The notes beneath the pieces were generated by a model. The model saw nothing but the letters and a program-made list of their open reading frames with translations. It was not told the DNA's origin and ran no database searches. A stretch of 64,000 nt of DNA from the NCBI GenBank assembly GCA_963691875.1, contig OY829846.1, positions 1,696,001 to 1,760,000 on the forward strand, written 5' to 3'. A program made the translations under genes and the position numbers. Positions within the stretch are counted from its first letter, which is position 1; each line of letters opens with the position of its first letter. Positions 59,306 to 64,000 of this stretch are shown here, piece by piece. Source of the DNA: Aureliella sp. (lineage in GTDB: Bacteria > Planctomycetota > Planctomycetia > Pirellulales > Pirellulaceae).

Positions 59306-60196
59306 TCAAAGTTCCATTGAATCTAGCCCAGCGAGTCTCTTTTGAAGCTCGGCATTCTTTGGCTGAATCTCAAGCAGCATCTTCACGTAACGAACCGCCG
59401 AATCAATGAGCCCCGATTCCTCGGCAAGATCCGCAGCGCACACAATGGCAGTGTACTTGACTTCATCTGATGGCGAAGGCGCACGATACATTGCCGCTCG
59501 TCGGTAAGCAGATAGTGCCTCCGGTACCCTGCCAGCCCGCTCGTATAGCTGTCCCAACTGCAATGACGCTTTCGCGCGAAGATCAGGCCGATGAATTGCG
59601 TTTTCAAGGCACGCAATTGCATCGGAAGGCTGACCAAGGTTTTCCAAAGCGGAAGCCAGCGGAAGATTCAGTTCGAGCTGGTCTGGGTGCCTCTTCAGTC
59701 TTGCGCGGCAGATCGACTCACGAAGCACGTTCAATTCGACATGGCACCGGTCAAGCGGTTCCTTCGTCAGCAGAGAAGGCTCTGTATCATAGGCTTGCTG
59801 AGCTGCCTGGTGAATCTGAAGACTACGGTTGATTTGCGCTTCTTCTCGCAGAAAATTGGCTTGCTCGTCTTGAGGGAACTTCTCAATCGCAAGATCTAAG
59901 ATCCGCTTCGCATCCGCATACCGGTTTTGGTGCAAGTAGATGCGTGCTAACTCTAGATAGGGATCTACCGTAATCGGGCTATCACGAATGATACGTTCGA
60001 GGGTTTGAAATCTCTCAAGAGGGATTGCGGGCTCAGTCGTCGCGTCGCTCGCACCATCCAGCCAGTGGTCGTCGTCAAGCAGTTGTTGACGAACAACCAA
60101 GTCTCGTGGAGATAAGGGCTCCATTTTCGCTCCCTTCCGCAATGCTTCTTGTCTAGGCATTTCTACAGCGGTCATGCTGCTCATTAGGTGTCGCAT
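59306..60196 (-). CDS. Tetratricopeptide repeat protein
   Basis: YLELARIY...AKRIL..A...P; LASALENLG...A..L; LGQLYERAG...AL.AY. Confidence 0.85.
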   Translation of the reverse strand: MRHLMSSMTAVEMPRQEALRKGAKMEPLSPRDLVVRQQLLDDDHWLDGASDATTEPAIPLERFQTLERIIRDSPITVDPYLELARIYLHQNRYADAKRILDLAIEKFPQDEQANFLREEAQINRSLQIHQAAQQAYDTEPSLLTKEPLDRCHVELNVLRESICRARLKRHPDQLELNLPLASALENLGQPSDAIACLENAIHRPDLRAKASLQLGQLYERAGRVPEALSAYRRAAMYRAPSPSDEVKYTAIVCAADLAEESGLIDSAVRYVKMLLEIQPKNAELQKRLAGLDSMEL

Positions 60197-60490
60197 CGAA
60201 TTATAGTAGATTCAGCCTACACGAAGCAATTAAAACCAATGGGAGCTCGTGGCAAAGGACGTGTCCGAACTTGGGCGTCGCCTGAGCTAAATATTTCGCC
60301 CAAATCCTGAAGCCCCAGTTGAAAACTGAATTAAACGCGAGTCAATACTGATGCAGGTTCTTGCGTAGTGTGGCTCCTAAAACCCAATCTAGAGAGTCAG
60401 TAGCAAAGACCACTTACATGGACAGTCGTTTAGGAAGTCTGTTCCTGGGCTGCGCCACTGGTTTGAACCTGCTTCAGCCCCACGGAGTTT

Positions 60491-61882
60491 TCAGATTTCT
60501 CGATCGCAAACCAGGCAGCGAGTGCGTTGGCCGAGCTGTGTCACGATTAAAGTCAACTTTCGGGTGCCATTTCCGGAAAAACGTTTCTGATAGTGATTGG
60601 CGTCGAGCTTTACCAGCCGGTTTTTCACTTCGACGACTCCGGCTCCTAGCCCTCTCAGACATTTGCGCATTTTGCGGTCATCCCAGGCAACTACATCCAC
60701 GAGTCGAAATCGCTGTAGCCACGCCGATTCGATCGCTTCATCCTGCGTGAAGTAACCATTGGGAGAAGTGATGGCTGTCAGTTGATGAGCCTCAGCAAAG
60801 CTGGCCTGCAGCTGAGCTGCATGCACGGTGTTGTGGAGATCGTAGATGTATTGGCCCAACTTGGAATGCTCGCATGCAATCTCCTCAGGCTCAACTCCCA
60901 CTTCACACTCCTCCGCTGCAAATAGGTGCAATTCGGTTTTTTCTTTATCGTCCTGAGATGGATTCGCCAGAACGGCCCATCGCAAAAAATCCTTATCTTG
61001 CCACAAGTTCGGACCAAGGTATTCGATTGGACGCACTGCCGCGTCTTTGTCTGCGAGAGCTCTGCTGCTTTGCCTGGCGATCTCTTTGAGCCTGCCGGCC
61101 GCAGTTCCAACGCACAGCAATTGCTGTTTGCATTCTCCGTAGTTGCCAATCCAAAGTCGTGTTAACTCAGCAAGTGGCAATTCCTCGGGTTCGGCAAACT
61201 GAGTGGAAGGAGCAACTTTGATCAAGCTGCCAGTCGTTCTCTCTGCCAACGATAAAACGCTTTGGAGCGAAGGTGAAAACTTATCAGAGCGAGTCGTCTT
61301 CCCTTCAGGGCCACCGCGATCCGGATCCACGTGTAACCAGTCCTCTCGTTCAAGCCATGACTCGCAATCAAGAAGATCACTCTTTTGCACCTCAGCACTC
61401 ATTTGGTGAGCAGCTAGATTGTGACGTGCCAAGGCGACAAGTTCTGGATCGAGATCGATCCCAATCGCGGGTCCTCGTTGTGCCAGAGCCACGAGATCAC
61501 TTCCTGCCGCACAACAACCGTCTACCACTCTGCAGCCTTTCGGAACGATACTCGCTTTGAACTGGGCAGAATACCAATCGCTGGCTTGAGAAAAGCTTCG
61601 CGCTGTCCACAGCCATTTTTCGGGCCGGGGGAATCTTTTGCCAGCGCGTCTTCGCAGCTGCACCTGCAGTTGCAGCATGGAAATTTCGGAAGCGGCGAGT
61701 CGTTCTACGCCGAAGAGCGAATGCGTATTTCCCTCGTAAAGCAAAAATTTCTGGCTGTGGTCAATCAGCCATTCGTAGGGTTCGATCACAAGGTTTTTCG
61801 GATATGAGGATCGCAAAGCCACTGTCGTCTCACTGAGGAGCAGAGTAGGAGCTAGGCGGGAGAAGTGCTGTGAAACTATCAC
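60491..61882 (-). CDS. Class I SAM-dependent methyltransferase with C-terminal THUMP-like domain
   Basis: SFSQAS, VVDGCCAAGSD, IDLDP..VALARHN, HVDPDR, KVAP; C-terminal GVVEVKNR. Confidence 0.85.
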   Translation of the reverse strand: MIVSQHFSRLAPTLLLSETTVALRSSYPKNLVIEPYEWLIDHSQKFLLYEGNTHSLFGVERLAASEISMLQLQVQLRRRAGKRFPRPEKWLWTARSFSQASDWYSAQFKASIVPKGCRVVDGCCAAGSDLVALAQRGPAIGIDLDPELVALARHNLAAHQMSAEVQKSDLLDCESWLEREDWLHVDPDRGGPEGKTTRSDKFSPSLQSVLSLAERTTGSLIKVAPSTQFAEPEELPLAELTRLWIGNYGECKQQLLCVGTAAGRLKEIARQSSRALADKDAAVRPIEYLGPNLWQDKDFLRWAVLANPSQDDKEKTELHLFAAEECEVGVEPEEIACEHSKLGQYIYDLHNTVHAAQLQASFAEAHQLTAITSPNGYFTQDEAIESAWLQRFRLVDVVAWDDRKMRKCLRGLGAGVVEVKNRLVKLDANHYQKRFSGNGTRKLTLIVTQLGQRTRCLVCDREI

Positions 61883-62122
61883 AATTTTACGGGTCGTCTA
61901 TTGCCAGCAAAAGCAGATGCATACCTTGAAGTTCCGGGTCGATAAGCCCTATGGACGCGGCTTTGCTCGAATCAACCTGGTTCAGTCTACGAAGCAACAA
62001 CTCGGGTTTCGATTGGAAATCTACTCGTTCTCCAATCTGCCGTGTCCTCACAATCTTTTCAGGACATTTCGCATCCACCAATCCGTGGAATGGCCATCCA
62101 AATGTCAGAGCAGGAGGGAACC

Positions 62123-62818
62123 ATGCAACGACAACTAGCAGCAGCCGGCTTACTCGCCGCCGCCATCGGCGGTCCTTATGTAGCTTACGAGAATCTCGAC
62201 GTGGGCGGCCAGCCGGTCGAGCAAACTTCCGAGCAGGATGGTACGGCCGACAAGATTGCGTCGGGTTATTTGACTTCGGCACCTTCCGCTGGTTCAAGCT
62301 CTACCATTCCCCCTACGATACCTCAGTTCCGGCCGATCAGCGCACTCAGCGAAGTCGTGCGATTTGACGTTTCCCCCTCTTGGGTACCGCAACGCTTTCC
62401 ACGTGTCTCGATGGTCGCTGCCGATCCGCGACTTGACGTGATGCGGGTTCCCTTAGTGACCGGGACCAACCCCAACGATCTGGCGGGTACCTTAACCTAC
62501 TACTTTGACCGGTACAAACGGTTGCAGCGCGTAACCGTCCATGCTTTGTCTGGCGACCCGAGTCGTTTCGTCGCGGAGTTGCAACATACTTATCAGTTGC
62601 AGCAACAGCCTTCCTTAGGTGGCGGACTCTACATCAGAAAGTGGAACGGACTACCAACTAGTCTTTTGTATACGGCGCCGGCGCCTGTCATTTCCGCAGA
62701 TGAGCCTTACTCGAGATATCAGTTCTTTCTTGAGGTCAATCAGCCAGGCTTAGAGTACGGAATGACCTCAGAAGCTATGGAGCTACTCGCGAGCGGTCAA
62801 CAGACGCAGCGTTGGTAG
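62123..62818 (+). CDS. Conserved Planctomycete-type hypothetical protein
   Basis: AGGAGG RBS; N-terminal hydrophobic LAAAIGGPY; RFDVSPSWV, RVPLVTGT..DLAGTLTYYFD. Confidence 0.75.
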   Translation: MQRQLAAAGLLAAAIGGPYVAYENLDVGGQPVEQTSEQDGTADKIASGYLTSAPSAGSSSTIPPTIPQFRPISALSEVVRFDVSPSWVPQRFPRVSMVAADPRLDVMRVPLVTGTNPNDLAGTLTYYFDRYKRLQRVTVHALSGDPSRFVAELQHTYQLQQQPSLGGGLYIRKWNGLPTSLLYTAPAPVISADEPYSRYQFFLEVNQPGLEYGMTSEAMELLASGQQTQRW

Positions 62819-63157
62819 GCATCAACGGATGAGCTTCCGCTCATGCTGAACCACTTGCTCATAGGTATCGTTAGAATCGATCGGCAAGTCTGCTCTCTCC
62901 AGGTCTAACAATACCGAGTTAGCCTTGGGAATGCTCCCTAGTCAGGGGCTTGGGGAGGCATTTCTCACTATTGAAAAATCGCTACGACTGCCCCTTTCAC
63001 TACGATCAATTTTTTGAAAGCTGGCTCTCCACTTGCGTGGCTGAATCGCGCAAAAGACTGGCTTGGACTGTTGTGAAGGTTCGAAAAATCATTGGCGACC
63101 CGTAGCCCGAACGGATCAGCCTGTTCCGCTCCAATTCGTTTTCTGCACCAAACCGAT

Positions 63158-63796
63158 ATGAATGCCCGCGAATATTCCCTGCCCCGACAACGGCTGTATG
63201 TAGTAGGATGCACTGAGCTATTGCCCTCAAACATCGCTTACAGTCTTGGTCTTGAGACTTCCGCTTTTATCACTGCAAGCGAGTTCTTGCGTACAGTGCC
63301 TGAACTGGCAACGGGCTGCTTGCTAGTTGCCGGAGAACTACCCGATGGAACCGGCCTTGGCTTACATCGAGAAGTTGCATCGCGAGCCCTTGATCTGACA
63401 ACGGTCATGCTTCTGGACATTGAGAATGTCCAGATGTGCCGCGAAGCTTTCCACAGCGGCGTCTATGACTGCGTCTCGAGAAACTCAGCAGCCGACGAAT
63501 GGCTGGCGATTCTACGGGCAGCATTGCAACAGAATTTGAATGTTATTCCCAACCGTAGGAAACGCCGCAACCGCAGAACGCGGATAGACAACCTCACATC
63601 GCGTGAACTGGATGTTGCAAGACTTTTATCACACGGCCATGCACTAAAAGAAGTGGGTGCGACGCTGCAAATCTCTGTGCAAACGGCTTCGAAACATCGT
63701 TCAAGCATCTTCACCAAAATGGATGTTGCGAACCAAGTGGAGTTGCATCAAGCGTTTGAGGACTGCATCGACTTGATCGAGCAAGCCAAGAGCTAG
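63158..63796 (+). CDS. FixJ/LuxR-family regulator with degenerate receiver domain
   Basis: LTSRELDVARLLSHG...KEVG..L.ISVQT...HRSSIFTKM HTH; receiver-like FITASEFL...GCLLVAGELPDGTGL. Confidence 0.85.
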   Translation: MNAREYSLPRQRLYVVGCTELLPSNIAYSLGLETSAFITASEFLRTVPELATGCLLVAGELPDGTGLGLHREVASRALDLTTVMLLDIENVQMCREAFHSGVYDCVSRNSAADEWLAILRAALQQNLNVIPNRRKRRNRRTRIDNLTSRELDVARLLSHGHALKEVGATLQISVQTASKHRSSIFTKMDVANQVELHQAFEDCIDLIEQAKS

Positions 63797-64000
63797 TTCG
63801 CGAGCGTGCCCATCCCAAATTCATCATTGCCCAAAAACATTAAGGCGAAGTGCGTTTGCACTTCGCCTTCTGTTGTTTCCAACTATTGGATTTTGCCCAA
63901 AGCTTCCACCGTGAGTTATTTGGACTCGAATTTAAGCTGTGTCTTTCGTCTTTTCAGCTTCTTTTGCTTTCGCCTCGTCTCGAGCTTCTATCCGCCAGAT

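Noticed and set aside
1..64000. tRNA, rRNA, integrase or transposase genes
   Set aside because: No T-loop/cloverleaf signature, rRNA-like stretch or DDE/tyrosine recombinase motif was recognised by eye.

Overview
A gene-dense bacterial window whose content points to a Planctomycete, probably Pirellulaceae: DUF1559 prepilin-like protein, DUF1570, squalene-cyclase-fold repeat protein, sulfatase and Tat-exported Gfo/Idh/MocA. Bases 1-4.4 kb look accessory or decayed: an AT-richer GT2 glycosyltransferase cut by the window edge, a probable sulfotransferase remnant, a nucleotidyltransferase/small-protein TA-like pair and about 1 kb with no convincing gene. Bases 4.4-18.7 kb hold a near-complete type IV filament (T4P/T2SS-like) locus. 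A secretin and a TPR lipoprotein are on the minus strand. Diverging from them are three large prepilins, PilM/N-like, PilO-like, PilT-like, PilB/GspE, PilC/GspF and a PilP/GspC-like gene. This operon is headed by a membrane-targeted His-rich ORF ending in RGPPA-stop and followed by a hairpin, the architecture of a ribosome-arrest leader peptide. It is the best candidate for an undescribed, possibly metal-sensing, control system on a retractile pilus. A second notable locus (34.3-39.7 kb) has a TlpA-like lipoprotein with 17 G-S-G-x-T-x hexapeptide repeats, an octaheme cytochrome c and a divergent outer-membrane barrel. The rest is mostly housekeeping: kdsA, nhaD, folC, lysA, lgt, galM, HtrA protease and two ABC systems. 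No tRNA, rRNA, CRISPR array or intact transposase was recognised. All assignments come from reading motifs by eye; no database searches were run.
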